64,000 nucleotides of DNA from an uncultured bacterium (GTDB taxonomy: Bacteria > Armatimonadota > Abditibacteriia > Abditibacteriales > Abditibacteriaceae), in the NCBI GenBank assembly GCA_963843795.1, contig CAWJLW010000006.1:1984001-2048000 (forward strand), in the 5' to 3' direction. The translations under genes were made by a program, and so were the position numbers. Below the pieces are notes generated by a model. The model saw only the letters and a program-made list of their open reading frames with translations. It did no database searches and was not told the origin of the DNA. The first letter of the stretch is position 1; every line of letters begins with the position of its first letter. This document shows, one piece after another, positions 46,428 to 58,556 of this stretch.

Positions 46428-48566
46428 TCAGCTGCCCCACAATTCAATTTCGGTCAGGCCCGCAACGGCGCCGTTTCGATGCTCGATTTGCACGCGCATT
46501 TTTGCGGTTTCCACTGGCGCAAACTCGATGCGATTGGCGCGATGGCCAACCGGGGCAGTGAAATCGCGTTTTTGCTTGACCACTGCGCGCCACACTTGGC
46601 CATTCCACCATTGCAATTGAGCAGTTTGGGGCGCGCGCACTTGGGAATTTTCGCCGTCATCGAGCCAATAAAAGAACGCTCGCGATATTTTCCGCTGGCT
46701 GCCGAAATCGATTTCTATCCAATCGTTTTGATGAGGTGAACCTTCAAATATCCAACGATTGTGCGGTTTTTCCGAATAAAAATGTACGCCGTCGACCAGA
46801 TTTTTCAAGTCTGCAAGTACTTGCGAACGGGAAAACGACGCGGTGATTTTCGGGTACGCGGTTTTTTCATTATTAACCGCATAATTCACCCAAGATTTCT
46901 CCGCTTTATCCGATTTTTTGATCGACTTTGGCAAAGCGACTTCCAAACGCCCAAGAGTTTCGCGCTGTGTCGCGCGTTTTCCATCAACCCAAATTTGCAA
47001 ACCGCGCCCGCGTTCGTAGCGCGAACCATCAGCGTCCCAAAATATCGAAAGTTGATGGCCGCGATAGAGAACATCATCCAAAGCGAAATATTTCCAATCT
47101 AAGGGCGCGAGAGGATTGACTTCAATGATATCGTCGTCGCGCGGGCGCAGGCCGATTAAACCGGTGATGACTTGATCGTTGTAGCTGGAGTGAAAATAAT
47201 GCTCGGAATGTTGAGGGTTGTCGTAGCCTTGCCACGAACCGGTGTCAGAATTGGCAGCTTCGGCCAAATAAGGCTGACCCGCTTTTCTATGAGTTTTCGT
47301 ATATGTTTGCAGCAATTCGAAATAATCAGCGCGCGTCACGACATTTTGCGGATAATCATTCAAAACATTGGCTAAAGCCGTCAATGTTTGCGCAGTCGCA
47401 TAAGGCCACGATTGGCCGCTCCACCAACAGCAAGTTTCGGTAATTTTGAACAAAGGATCGTTGCGCCCGACAAACGATGGCCCGAACTCAGCTTGAAAAA
47501 ATTTCGGATCGTTGAGAAATTTCCATGCCGCTTCATAACCGCGATTTTTCTCCGGCAATTCAAATTGCCACGGAATGTAACCCATCAATTCGCGTCCTTG
47601 ATTGCTGCCAGCGAACGGCCCGCTTTGGTAGGTCAGAGTTCCTGCCAGATTAGGTTTTGGTGCGCCGTTTTTGGTCAAGCCATCGGCTTCGTTATCACGG
47701 AACTGATGAAAGAAAAACTGGCGTTTTTCGTCCCATAATTGTTGCTGAACATTATCTTTTAATTGCGCAGCGATTTGTTCGTAGAAGCGCGCGGTTTCCA
47801 GGTCTTTGTCCAGTCGCGCCATTTTTGACAAGGCGCGCGCATCGGCGAACAGATAGGAATTTAAAGTCGGACGATAACCGGGCGCGCCTTTGACAATATC
47901 AGTGGTCTGGCGCGAATTGATGTTCAATTCCATGCCGTCGTCGTGGCCGGTTTGCCAGAACATTCCGGCATCAGCGCGGAAGTGTTCGCGCTGCCAACCG
48001 GCAAAGTTTTCCTGCAAGCCCGCGCGCAATTCGAGCAGCCAATTTTTATCGCCCTGCACGCGGTAAGTTTCCCAGATAGCGTCGGCCAACCACGTCGAAT
48101 AGCGGCGCGGTTCGCTACCTTTGGTGTTCGTCCAGTAACGCGCATAATCGCGTGCAATGCGCGTCGTTTTCAACCAGCGCGCCTCCTGCAACTGATGACC
48201 AGCCGGACACGAAATCGCGCCGTAACGTCCCGACCAGTGAGGCCGGTCGATAAATTCGGTGAAAATGTAACCGGTTTGCGGCGAAGCATACACCAGATGT
48301 TTGGTCAAAAGTTCCCAGCGATAGTAATACGTTGTGTTGATATCATCGTCTGGTGTGTCGAGGAAAGGCACGTTGGTTTCATACCAACTCCAATCGCGAT
48401 TGTCCCAGAAAGTTTGCGCTTCGAGAATGGCGCGCTTGTTTAGCAAAAGCGCGCCATTTTTCAAGACCATATTTGGTGGAATTTTCCTTTGTTTCAATAT
48501 CCAAGCCCCGAACGCAAATACGCCGATAAAAGCGGCGCTGGCGAGAATGCGGATACTGAATTTCAT
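46428..48566 (-). CDS. Secreted (alpha/alpha)6 glycoside hydrolase (GH63/MGH1-like) with a C-terminal discoidin-type domain
   Basis: YYYRW, DGME, RPTLNSY and W.G.SWPY.T motifs; C-terminal WIEIDFG...EIE. Confidence 0.75.
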   Translation of the reverse strand: MKFSIRILASAAFIGVFAFGAWILKQRKIPPNMVLKNGALLLNKRAILEAQTFWDNRDWSWYETNVPFLDTPDDDINTTYYYRWELLTKHLVYASPQTGYIFTEFIDRPHWSGRYGAISCPAGHQLQEARWLKTTRIARDYARYWTNTKGSEPRRYSTWLADAIWETYRVQGDKNWLLELRAGLQENFAGWQREHFRADAGMFWQTGHDDGMELNINSRQTTDIVKGAPGYRPTLNSYLFADARALSKMARLDKDLETARFYEQIAAQLKDNVQQQLWDEKRQFFFHQFRDNEADGLTKNGAPKPNLAGTLTYQSGPFAGSNQGRELMGYIPWQFELPEKNRGYEAAWKFLNDPKFFQAEFGPSFVGRNDPLFKITETCCWWSGQSWPYATAQTLTALANVLNDYPQNVVTRADYFELLQTYTKTHRKAGQPYLAEAANSDTGSWQGYDNPQHSEHYFHSSYNDQVITGLIGLRPRDDDIIEVNPLAPLDWKYFALDDVLYRGHQLSIFWDADGSRYERGRGLQIWVDGKRATQRETLGRLEVALPKSIKKSDKAEKSWVNYAVNNEKTAYPKITASFSRSQVLADLKNLVDGVHFYSEKPHNRWIFEGSPHQNDWIEIDFGSQRKISRAFFYWLDDGENSQVRAPQTAQLQWWNGQVWRAVVKQKRDFTAPVGHRANRIEFAPVETAKMRVQIEHRNGAVAGLTEIELWGS

Positions 48567-48616
48567 GGAAAAATGATGCTGCAAGTACTTGCCACTCGCA
48601 GTGCGGCGATTGAGTT

Positions 48617-49444
48617 TTAAAGTTCTTCAACCAAATATGGTTGGCACAATTTCATAATACGGCGCACATAATCGCCGTCATATGAATCTAATTCGATCAT
48701 GCTCACATCAATGGCAATCGCGTCTTCTTCTCCGTTGCAGGCGCGTGCGTAATCTAATAGCACACGATACGAAGCGTTTTTCGGCTTTAAGGTCAAAGCG
48801 CGCGCGAACTGCGGCACGGCTTCTTCGGTGTGAAAATTCTTCAGCAAAGCTGCACCCAAACGCAAATAATAATAATCGTCGCGCGGCGCGAGGCGCACGA
48901 CTTCGCGCAGAGAATCGAGAGCTTCCTCATCACGTCGCATCATCATCAAAAGTTCGGCAAATTGAAAACGATAAAACGCATCGTCGGGCGACAATTCCAG
49001 AATCGCTTCAAACTGTATTTTGGCCTGATCGTACATTCCGGTCGCGGTTAAAGCAACGGCCAATTTCCAGCGAATGAAAGCGTTTTTCGGACGCGAACGC
49101 ACGGCGCGCGTGTACGATTTCACTGCGGCCTGGCTCAGAGCCATCGTGCGACACATGTCGCCCAACCCAATGTGCGCTTCAGTCATATCGACGCCGCTGC
49201 GCGCTTCTTCGGATTGCAACGCGCGCTGATACATTTCCAGCGCCTTGTGCGGCACGTCCATCGCGGCATACGAATCGGCCAGTTTGGTCAGGCGCGCGCC
49301 CGATTGCGGCGCGATGTCGATGGCTTTTTTGTATTCGCCCAGAGCGCCGCTAAAGTCTCCGTTATCGGCGCGCGTGTCGCCGCGCGTAGTGTGTTCTTGC
49401 AAACGCTCGGCTAAAATTTCTTCTTCGCTTTTTTCCTCGTGCAT
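48617..49444 (-). CDS. Tetratricopeptide repeat protein
   Basis: Tandem repeats of about 34 aa (A...Y.KA....P). Confidence 0.85.
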   Translation of the reverse strand: MHEEKSEEEILAERLQEHTTRGDTRADNGDFSGALGEYKKAIDIAPQSGARLTKLADSYAAMDVPHKALEMYQRALQSEEARSGVDMTEAHIGLGDMCRTMALSQAAVKSYTRAVRSRPKNAFIRWKLAVALTATGMYDQAKIQFEAILELSPDDAFYRFQFAELLMMMRRDEEALDSLREVVRLAPRDDYYYLRLGAALLKNFHTEEAVPQFARALTLKPKNASYRVLLDYARACNGEEDAIAIDVSMIELDSYDGDYVRRIMKLCQPYLVEEL

Positions 49445-49472
49445 CCCTTTCTCCGCTCTTATGGCGCGTTTT

Positions 49473-49910
49473 CTACGCCGTCAAAATCATCGTCACTGGC
49501 CCATCGTTTTCCACATCGACTTTCATGTGCGCGCCGAAACGTCCGCACTGCGTTTCCACGCCGTGCTCTTGCAAAAGTGTAACAAAGCCTTGCATCAATT
49601 CCCGCGCTTCGTTTGGCGCAGCAGCAGTTCCAAAATCGGGCCGCGTGCCCTTCTTGGTCGCGCCGCACAATGTAAAGTTGGAAATCGCCAGAATCGCACC
49701 GTTCACATCGCGCACGCTGCGGTCAAATTTGCCCTCGTCATTATCGAATATGCGCAGTGCAACAATTTTGCGTGCCAGAATCGCGGCTGTGTTCAAATCA
49801 TCGTCGCGCTCGATGGCGACAAATAAAACCAAACCCTGTGCAATTTCGCCGACGTTTTCGTTTTCAACGCGCACACTGGCGCGCGTACAACGCTGTAAAA
49901 CAATTTTCAT
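49473..49910 (-). CDS. dtd: D-aminoacyl-tRNA deacylase
   Basis: MK.VLQR...ASV.V, SNFTL, G.RPDF and FGA.M.V...NDGPVT. Start is 49910. Confidence 0.95.
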   Translation of the reverse strand: MKIVLQRCTRASVRVENENVGEIAQGLVLFVAIERDDDLNTAAILARKIVALRIFDNDEGKFDRSVRDVNGAILAISNFTLCGATKKGTRPDFGTAAAPNEARELMQGFVTLLQEHGVETQCGRFGAHMKVDVENDGPVTMILTA

Positions 49911-50028
49911 GTTCGATTTAGCCCTGCAAGTACTTGCAGACAAGTTTGACAGATAAAAACTTTTCGCAAGCACTTGCGGCGTAAAATTGGCTCTGAAAAT
50001 TCGCCACACAATTTCAAGGAGACGAACA

Positions 50029-50991
50029 ATGGAATATCGACGTTTGGGCAAAGCCGGAATCAAAGTTTCGGAAGTAGGTTTAGGTTCGTGGCTCACTTAT
50101 GGCGGCGCGACCGAAAATGAAACCGCTACGAAATGCATTCATCGCGCTTATGAAATCGGCATCAATTTTTTCGACACTGCCAACGCTTATGCGCGCGGCG
50201 AAAGCGAACGAGTGGTCGGTGCAGCGCTGAAAGATTTTCCGCGCGATTCGTATGTCCTGGCGACCAAAGTGTTCTTCCCGATGGGCGACAAGCCCAATCA
50301 ACGCGGCTTGTCACGCAAGCACATCATGGAGCAATGCAACCTGTCATTGCAACGTTTGGGCGTCGATTATATTGATTTATATCAATGCCATCGTTACGAT
50401 GACGAAACGCCCTTGGAAGAAACCCTGCGCGCGCTGGACGATTTAATTTCGCAGGGCAAAGTTTTATATATTGGTGTTTCGCAGTGGAGCGCCGAGCAAA
50501 TTGAAAGCGCGCTGAGTTTGGCCGACAAGTTGAATCTGGATCGCATCAGCAGTAATCAGCCCTATTACAACGCGATTGGGCGCGATTTGGAAAAAGAAGT
50601 TTTGCCAGTGTGCGAGCGCGAAGGCATCGGACAAGTTGTTTATTCGCCATTGGCTCAGGGCGTTTTAACCGGCAAATACAAGCCGGGCCAAGCTCCACCT
50701 GAAGATTCGCGTGCCAGCGATGAAAAGCAGAACATGTTTATGAACGGCGGCAAATTAGACGACGAGCAACTGGAACGCGTGCAGAAATTGGCGCCAATTG
50801 CCGAACGCGAAAATTTGTCGATAGCGCAATTGGCCCTCGCGTGGTGTCTGCGCAAACCGATTATCTCCAGCGTAATCGTTGGCGCCAGCCGTCCGAGCCA
50901 AGTCGATGACAATGCCGCTGCAGCGGGCAAAATTTTGAGCGAGAAAACCTTGCAGCAGATGGATGAAGCGCTGGGCTTCACGGAAAAATAA
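50029..50991 (+). CDS. Aldo/keto reductase
   Basis: FFDTANAY, LATK, DYIDLYQCH and YSPLAQG. AAGGAG RBS. Confidence 0.94.
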   Translation: MEYRRLGKAGIKVSEVGLGSWLTYGGATENETATKCIHRAYEIGINFFDTANAYARGESERVVGAALKDFPRDSYVLATKVFFPMGDKPNQRGLSRKHIMEQCNLSLQRLGVDYIDLYQCHRYDDETPLEETLRALDDLISQGKVLYIGVSQWSAEQIESALSLADKLNLDRISSNQPYYNAIGRDLEKEVLPVCEREGIGQVVYSPLAQGVLTGKYKPGQAPPEDSRASDEKQNMFMNGGKLDDEQLERVQKLAPIAERENLSIAQLALAWCLRKPIISSVIVGASRPSQVDDNAAAAGKILSEKTLQQMDEALGFTEK

Positions 50992-51005
50992 CCCAACGAC
51001 AATTG

Positions 51006-51051
51006 ACGTATAAAAGCCCGCTGCAAGTACTTGCAGCGGGCTTTTATACGT
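51006..51051. terminator. 46-bp perfect palindrome on the motif (terminator)
   Basis: ACGTATAAAAGCCCGCTGCAAGT/ACTTGCAGCGGGCTTTTATACGT. Confidence 0.85.
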
Positions 51052-51082
51052 GCGATGTTCAAAATACTGCTAATTTGGGTAC

Positions 51083-51958
51083 ATGATTTTCATGCGACGC
51101 CCGATTTTTCTGATTCTTATCAACGCCATGATTTTACTGGTGATTTTTGCGCTTTTGACGCAATCGCTGGTGATCGTGCAGCGCCTGGCAGTCGCGGATG
51201 AAATTATGGGCACAGTGGAAGTTCAGCGCAACGGACGCGGCGATTTTCATGCTTTGGCTCAGCGCGAATTTATCAAATCGGGCGATGTCGTGCGTTCGAG
51301 CCACAACAGCAGCGGAGAATTCGTGTGGGCCGATGGAACACGCTGGAAATTGATGGCCGACACGCAATTGCTCGTTAAAAAAGCGACCAGCAACTTGGTT
51401 CAGGGTGCCGATAATAGCCAGCTGGAACTCGAACGTGGCAAGGTGTTTCTGCGCGTCGCCAAACAATTCAAAGCCAATTCACAATTCAGCATTAACACGC
51501 CACACGCTCACGTCGCTGTCACCGGCACAGTTTTCAGCGTTGCCGAGCAAAAAGAAGGCACGCGCGTCGAAGTTTTCAAAGGTCAGGTCCAAGTGCAAGC
51601 TCTCAAGCAGAGCGGTAGTCCGCGCAGCATTGCGCCCGACCATTACGCTTTAGTGGGCGAAACCATTCAAAGTTGGCCCGCCAAAGCTGATGTGCAGACT
51701 AATTTCCAAAACCTCAGCAGTATCACGCTGCCGCAGTTAGACGCCAGCTTACAAAATAATAACGACGGTACATTCATCATCAATGGCAGCACGGAAAGCA
51801 GCGACCGCGTGACTATCAACGGCGAAAACGTGCGCACTCTGGGCAACGGTGTCTTTCGCCACAAAATGTCGCGCCCTCAAAGCGGACAATTCATCGTCAT
51901 TAGCACCGATATTCACGGCGCGACGCGAGTGCAAACGCTTCTCGTGCCATTGCAATGA
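51083..51958 (+). CDS. FecR-domain membrane protein
   Basis: N-terminal TM helix and L..G.V......F.INTP.A.V.V.GT.F.V......V.V..G.V.V pattern. Confidence 0.8.
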   Translation: MIFMRRPIFLILINAMILLVIFALLTQSLVIVQRLAVADEIMGTVEVQRNGRGDFHALAQREFIKSGDVVRSSHNSSGEFVWADGTRWKLMADTQLLVKKATSNLVQGADNSQLELERGKVFLRVAKQFKANSQFSINTPHAHVAVTGTVFSVAEQKEGTRVEVFKGQVQVQALKQSGSPRSIAPDHYALVGETIQSWPAKADVQTNFQNLSSITLPQLDASLQNNNDGTFIINGSTESSDRVTINGENVRTLGNGVFRHKMSRPQSGQFIVISTDIHGATRVQTLLVPLQ

Positions 51959-51969
51959 GGAAATTTGCT

Positions 51970-52013
51970 AACGAAAAATGTTCCTGCGAGTACTTGCAGG
52001 AACATTTTTCGTT
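51970..52013. terminator. Bidirectional terminator; 44-bp palindrome (one mismatch) on a motif variant
   Basis: AACGAAAAATGTTCCTGCGAGTACTTGCAGGAACATTTTTCGTT between convergent genes. Confidence 0.85.
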
Positions 52014-52026
52014 TGTCAACCCAAAG

Positions 52027-53064
52027 TCAACCAAATAGCATCTGTGCTGTGCGGTAAATCTCGGGATCAAGCTCTTTGATTCCGCTTGTAGCTTCGTCCA
52101 GCGAACACGTTGTCATCAGGCTTCCACGCATCGCCGCCATTTGGCCCCACTGCTCGTTCAATACCATTTCGACCGCGTGCAAACCGTAACGCGTGCCCAG
52201 AACGCGGTCGCGCGCGGTCGGCGTACCGCCGCGCTGCACATAACCTAGAACTGTAACGCGGGTTTCCATTTCGGTTTCTCGCTCGATTTCGCGCGCTAAC
52301 TGGCGACCGATGCCGCCCAGATTGCGCTCGTTGTAAAGCATTTTTTTGGTGTCGTCGCTGAGAAAATCTTCGTCATCGTGCGGACGCGCTGCTTCGGACA
52401 CCACAATAATCGAAAAAGAGCGCTTTTGCTTGCGGCGCTGTTCCAGCAGTTGCACGATTTGTGACAATCGAAACGGATGTTCGGGAACGAGAATAATATC
52501 GGCGCCACCGGCAATTCCCGCATAAGCCGCTATCCAGCCGACATGACGGCCCATGACTTCCAGAATCATCACGCGATCGTGGCTTTCCGCTGTCGTGTGC
52601 AACCGATCTATGGCGTCGGTGGCGATAGAAACGGCGGTATCGAAGCCGAAGGTGTAATCGGTGCCGCGCAAATCGTTGTCGATGGTTTTGGGCACACCGA
52701 CAATTGGCCAGTCGTAGCGCGTGTGCATTTCGCGCGCGGCGGCCAAAGTGCCGTTGCCGCCGACGACGATCAACCCGCGCAAATCGCATTTCTCGAAGTT
52801 GTCGCGAATCGCATCCAAACCGTCGGGATCTTCAAGGGGATTGGTGCGACTAGTGCCCAAAATTGTGCCACCGCGGGGTAAAATTCCCGAAACGGCATAG
52901 CGCGACAGCGGCATCGTATCACCGTCGCGCAAACCGTCCCACCCGCGCTTAATGCCCAGAACGCTAATACCTTCGGCGTTAGCACGCCGCACCGTAGCGC
53001 GAATGACTGCGTTAAGGCCGGGACAATCGCCGCCGCCGGTCAAAATTCCAATTGAACCTTCCAT
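52027..53064 (-). CDS. pfkA: 6-phosphofructokinase
   Basis: LTGGGDCPGLNAVIR, GGTILGTSR, PKTIDND, EVMGR and LGYVQRGG. Confidence 0.95.
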   Translation of the reverse strand: MEGSIGILTGGGDCPGLNAVIRATVRRANAEGISVLGIKRGWDGLRDGDTMPLSRYAVSGILPRGGTILGTSRTNPLEDPDGLDAIRDNFEKCDLRGLIVVGGNGTLAAAREMHTRYDWPIVGVPKTIDNDLRGTDYTFGFDTAVSIATDAIDRLHTTAESHDRVMILEVMGRHVGWIAAYAGIAGGADIILVPEHPFRLSQIVQLLEQRRKQKRSFSIIVVSEAARPHDDEDFLSDDTKKMLYNERNLGGIGRQLAREIERETEMETRVTVLGYVQRGGTPTARDRVLGTRYGLHAVEMVLNEQWGQMAAMRGSLMTTCSLDEATSGIKELDPEIYRTAQMLFG

Positions 53065-53208
53065 GGTTTTTCCTTTGTGTTTTCAGCCGTCGCGCACCAT
53101 TTTAGCAACCTTTTGTTTCGCCCGCGTTAAATTAGCAAGCTGCAAGTACTTGCAGTGAGCTGCAGGCGCGATAAGCTAAGGTTACAAATTCAGCAGCGAG
53201 GATAATTC

Positions 53209-54213
53209 ATGAAATGTATTCTGACCGGTTTGGGTGGACGCGGACGCCACTGGCTGAGCATCTTGAACCAGCGAGATGATGTCGAAGTCGTAGCCGCCGT
53301 CGAGCCATTTGAAACTAATCGCCAGCGCGCCATCGACGACAACGCAATTGATGCCGAACGCATTTTTCCAACTTTAGAAGAAGCCATCGCCAAAAGCAAT
53401 GCCGACTTTGTCATGGACGTGACGCCCCCCAAAGTGCATCATGAAATCGCTCTACAAGCTTTCGCTTCCGGCTTACACGTTCTGGGCGAAAAGCCGCTTT
53501 CCGACGATTTCGAGACCGCAAGAAAAGTTGTGCAAGCGGGTAAAAGCGCGGGCGTGACGCACATGATTACGCAAAATTATCGTTTCGGCGCGCAGCCGCG
53601 CACTACACGGCAAGTACTTGCCGACGGTTTAATCGGCAAGCCCGGACAGTGCGACGTGCGTTTTGCGATGCCGTGGGCCGATCAGCCGGGAAGCCATTAT
53701 GTCACCGAGCCTTATATGATGATTAATGACATGATGGTGCATCATTTCGATTTGATGCGCTACGTTCTCAACGACACGCCGCAAACCATTCAAGCGATTA
53801 CGTGGAATCAGCCGTGGGGATGGCATCAGGGCGATTCGTGTCACGCAATTGTCGTGGAATGGAAGTCCGGCCTGCACGCGACGCACGTTTGCATCGCGTG
53901 CGCGAATGGCAGTCAGACTTCGTGGAACGGCGATTGGTCAATCCAAGGTCCGAACGGTTCGATTGATTGGGACAAAGAAGGCACATGGCATTCGCATTTG
54001 CATCGCACGGACAACAAAGTTGAACGCCAGCGCATCGCGCATTTGGATGTGAAGCCACAAGCCGAAGCAATGGTAGACGAATTTTTTGATTCGATTCGTG
54101 AAAATCGCGAACCCGAATGCTCGGCCCAAGACAATCTACAATCGCTCGCGATGGTTTTCAGCGCTATTGAAAGCGCCCAAAGCGGGCGCAAAGTCGAGAT
54201 AGCAAGGGTTTGA
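53209..54213 (+). CDS. Gfo/Idh/MocA family oxidoreductase
   Basis: GLGGRG, EKPL, QNYRF and HHFDL. Confidence 0.92.
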   Translation: MKCILTGLGGRGRHWLSILNQRDDVEVVAAVEPFETNRQRAIDDNAIDAERIFPTLEEAIAKSNADFVMDVTPPKVHHEIALQAFASGLHVLGEKPLSDDFETARKVVQAGKSAGVTHMITQNYRFGAQPRTTRQVLADGLIGKPGQCDVRFAMPWADQPGSHYVTEPYMMINDMMVHHFDLMRYVLNDTPQTIQAITWNQPWGWHQGDSCHAIVVEWKSGLHATHVCIACANGSQTSWNGDWSIQGPNGSIDWDKEGTWHSHLHRTDNKVERQRIAHLDVKPQAEAMVDEFFDSIRENREPECSAQDNLQSLAMVFSAIESAQSGRKVEIARV

Positions 54214-54246
54214 GTTTCTTTCTCACATTCTGCGCATTATCCCATT

Positions 54247-56346
54247 ATGCAACAGTTATTCTCACCTATCCAACTCGAAACTCTGCGCGCCCTTTGGCAG
54301 CGCTTGATTCCCACCGATGAACAATGGCCCGGTGCCTTACAAAATGGCGTCGAGAATTATCTCGAACGCCAATTGAACGGCCAATTACAAGACCAGTTAC
54401 CGCTTTATCGCAACGCTCTAGACGCTTTGGAAACCCGCGCGCAAGAAGATACACAGCAAAGTTTCGCGTCGCTGGAAGCCAATCGTGCCGACGAATTACT
54501 GCACGAAATAGACTCTTCAAAAGGTGACAATTCGTTGCGCGATTGGCTTCGTTTGGCCATCAACCACACGATGGAAGGCTTTTACAGCGACCGGAGCAAC
54601 GGCGGCAATTCAGAACATTTGTCGTGGCAAATGACCGGGTTCATGCGCAACAGCGAACCGGCCACTTCGCCCGATACTCTGCAATTCTGGGCACAAAATG
54701 ATCCGCAAGTACTTGCAGACACTTACGACGCAATCATTATCGGCGCGGGCGCGGGCGGCGGCGTTTCAGCGTGCATTCTTAGCGAAGCGGGCCACCGAGT
54801 TCTGGTTTTAGAACGCGGGCGCGATCTCAGTTTCGAGGATATTCACCACGATCATTTGCGTTCACAACGGATGTCACTTTACGGCCATAATGCTGGCCCA
54901 AGCGACGAACATCCGCGCGTCGCAGAAGACGATAAACGCACTTTCACCATGCTACCGTGGCAAGGCGGCTACAGCAACAACGCCGCGTGCGTCGGCGGCG
55001 GCACGCGCGTTTATGGCGCACAGGCGTGGCGTTTCATGGCGCAAGATTTCCGCATGGCCTCGCATTATGGCGTGCCAGAAAATTCATCTCTCGCCGATTG
55101 GCCGCTGAGCTACGATGACCTCGCGCCATTTTATGAGCGCATCGAAAACGAACTTGGCGTCTGCGGTTCGGGCGCGCGCATGACAGGTCACACACAACGC
55201 CGCGGCGATTATCCGATGCCTCCACTTGCGCCAACCGCGAAAACGCGTTTTTTGCAAGGCGGCGCCGATAAACTGGGCTGGCCGACTTTTCCCGTTCCCC
55301 TCGCGATTAATTCCGTCCCTTATGGCGGACGCGGCGCCTGCATTCGCTGTACAGAGTGCGTCGGTTTCGCTTGTCCGACTGCAGCCAAAGCCGGTTCGCA
55401 CAACACGTTTTTACCGCGCGCGCTTCGTGCGGGCGCGACTTTAGTGACTGGAGCAATGGTCGCGCGTATCGAATGCGATTCTCAAGGCAAAGCCATCGGC
55501 GTGGAATGGCTGCAACACGACGGCGACAACTGGCAGAGCCGCACCACGCGCGCAAAAATGATTTTGTGTGCCAGTGGCGCGATTGAAACCGCGCGTTTGT
55601 TGTTGAATTCCGCCACGCCACAAGAACCCAACGGTCTGGGCAACGCGCACGACCATGTCGGACGCAATTTGCAAGGCCATTTATATGCGGGCGCATGGGG
55701 CGTGACAGAAGAACGTGTCAATAACAACGAAGGGCCGGGCGTTTCGATTTCTACCAATCGATGGAGCCACGACAACGACGGCATTATTGGCGGCGGAATG
55801 TTGGCAGACGACTTTCTCAAGCCGCCAATCGAATTCTGGCGCAACGCGCTGCCGCCGGAGTTAACACGTTGGGGCACCGAAAACAAAAACTGGATGCGCG
55901 ACAATTATCAGCGCACGCTGCAAGTCGCCGGGCCGATTCAAGAAATTCCTAACCCGGAAGCGCGCGTGCGCCTTGACCCAAATGTGCGCGATGCTTGGGG
56001 CATTCCAGTAGCGCACCTGAGTGGCGTGGCGCATTCGGCATCGGTCGAGGCCGCCGATTTTCTGCGCCATCGCGCCGAAGAATGGCTCCAAGCCAGCGGC
56101 TGTCATCGCGTGTGGAGCTACGCACCGGGCACTTATTTATCGGGAGGTCAGCATCAGGCCGGAACCTGTCGCATGAGCGAACGCGCAGAAGATGGCGTGT
56201 GCGATAAATTCGGGCGCGTGCATGGCCACGATAATCTATTTTTGGTCGACAGTTCAGTTCACGTCACCAATGGCGGCTTCAATCCGTTCCTCACAGTAAT
56301 GTCACTCTCGGCGCGCTGCGCGGAGAATATTGTGGCACAAGGGTAA
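54247..56346 (+). CDS. GMC family oxidoreductase fused to an N-terminal gluconate 2-dehydrogenase subunit-3-like domain
   Basis: N-terminal LIP.D...PGA....EGFY.D...GGN....W...GF, then GAGAGG, VGGGT, C..C..C...C and HQAGTCRM. Confidence 0.9.
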   Translation: MQQLFSPIQLETLRALWQRLIPTDEQWPGALQNGVENYLERQLNGQLQDQLPLYRNALDALETRAQEDTQQSFASLEANRADELLHEIDSSKGDNSLRDWLRLAINHTMEGFYSDRSNGGNSEHLSWQMTGFMRNSEPATSPDTLQFWAQNDPQVLADTYDAIIIGAGAGGGVSACILSEAGHRVLVLERGRDLSFEDIHHDHLRSQRMSLYGHNAGPSDEHPRVAEDDKRTFTMLPWQGGYSNNAACVGGGTRVYGAQAWRFMAQDFRMASHYGVPENSSLADWPLSYDDLAPFYERIENELGVCGSGARMTGHTQRRGDYPMPPLAPTAKTRFLQGGADKLGWPTFPVPLAINSVPYGGRGACIRCTECVGFACPTAAKAGSHNTFLPRALRAGATLVTGAMVARIECDSQGKAIGVEWLQHDGDNWQSRTTRAKMILCASGAIETARLLLNSATPQEPNGLGNAHDHVGRNLQGHLYAGAWGVTEERVNNNEGPGVSISTNRWSHDNDGIIGGGMLADDFLKPPIEFWRNALPPELTRWGTENKNWMRDNYQRTLQVAGPIQEIPNPEARVRLDPNVRDAWGIPVAHLSGVAHSASVEAADFLRHRAEEWLQASGCHRVWSYAPGTYLSGGQHQAGTCRMSERAEDGVCDKFGRVHGHDNLFLVDSSVHVTNGGFNPFLTVMSLSARCAENIVAQG

Positions 56347-56353
56347 AAAGAAG

Positions 56354-56395
56354 GGTAGAAAGCGCGCTGCAAGTACTTGCAGCGCGCTTTCTACC
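56354..56395. terminator. 42-bp perfect palindrome on the motif (terminator)
   Basis: GGTAGAAAGCGCGCTGCAAGT/ACTTGCAGCGCGCTTTCTACC. Confidence 0.8.
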
Positions 56396-56429
56396 GATAA
56401 ATCGACAAAGCTAATTAAAGTCGACGGTT

Positions 56430-56927
56430 ATGGACAAGTTTCCATTTTTTTATGCGTGGCATGGCCGCTGGACAGGTGGCGATTGGTTCTACAAAATTTA
56501 TATCGCGCCCCACGCTTTGTACGGAGCCGTCATCGGCAATCAGTTTCCCCTGCCAGCCGAAACAGCTTCCATCCAGATTCAGCCGGTGGAGCCCAAAAAT
56601 TGGCTGGCATCGTGGAACAGTTCGCTGTTCTATCAGGTAGATGAAATTCATCGTCCACTCGAAAACTTTTATGATTCTTTAGAGCCTGATAACCTGGAAT
56701 TATTGACAACAGATGCACGCAACTTTTGTTTCGTGCGTGAACAAATCAAAGAAATTCGCTTCAGTCCGCGTTTTCATTGGTGGACGTTTCCAACACTCAA
56801 TAGTGGCACAATGCACATCCACTTGCACGACCAAAAGAAATTATGGTTCGTCATTCAGAAAAATCAGAACACGCGCGCCATCGCCAATCAGGTTCAAACC
56901 GTCACCCCAAATATCAAGATCAAATAA
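56430..56927 (+). CDS. Hypothetical protein
   Basis: 165-aa ORF filling the gap, with no recognisable motif. Confidence 0.6.
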   Translation: MDKFPFFYAWHGRWTGGDWFYKIYIAPHALYGAVIGNQFPLPAETASIQIQPVEPKNWLASWNSSLFYQVDEIHRPLENFYDSLEPDNLELLTTDARNFCFVREQIKEIRFSPRFHWWTFPTLNSGTMHIHLHDQKKLWFVIQKNQNTRAIANQVQTVTPNIKIK

Positions 56928-56951
56928 TCGCGCTGCCAGTGCTTGCGATAC

Positions 56952-57005
56952 GAAAAGCCAAAAATGCCCGCTGCAAGTACTTGCAGCGGGCATTTTTGGC
57001 TTTTC
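56952..57005. terminator. 54-bp perfect palindrome on the motif (bidirectional terminator)
   Basis: GAAAAGCCAAAAATGCCCGCTGCAAGT/ACTTGCAGCGGGCATTTTTGGCTTTTC. Confidence 0.88.
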
Positions 57006-57014
57006 TATTGGAGA

Positions 57015-58485
<1,471 letters not shown>

Positions 58486-58513
58486 GGATTTTTCTCCTCG
58501 AAATCAATCGTTC

Positions 58514-58529
58514 ATCAAGATATTATGAT
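58514..58529. promoter_or_regulatory. Candidate SahR operator
   Basis: ATCAAGATATTATGAT, an ATCA-N8-TGAT dyad between the divergent ahcY and ArsR-methyltransferase genes. Confidence 0.5.
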
Positions 58530-58556
58530 AAATTGATGAGTAGGTCAACAACTATT

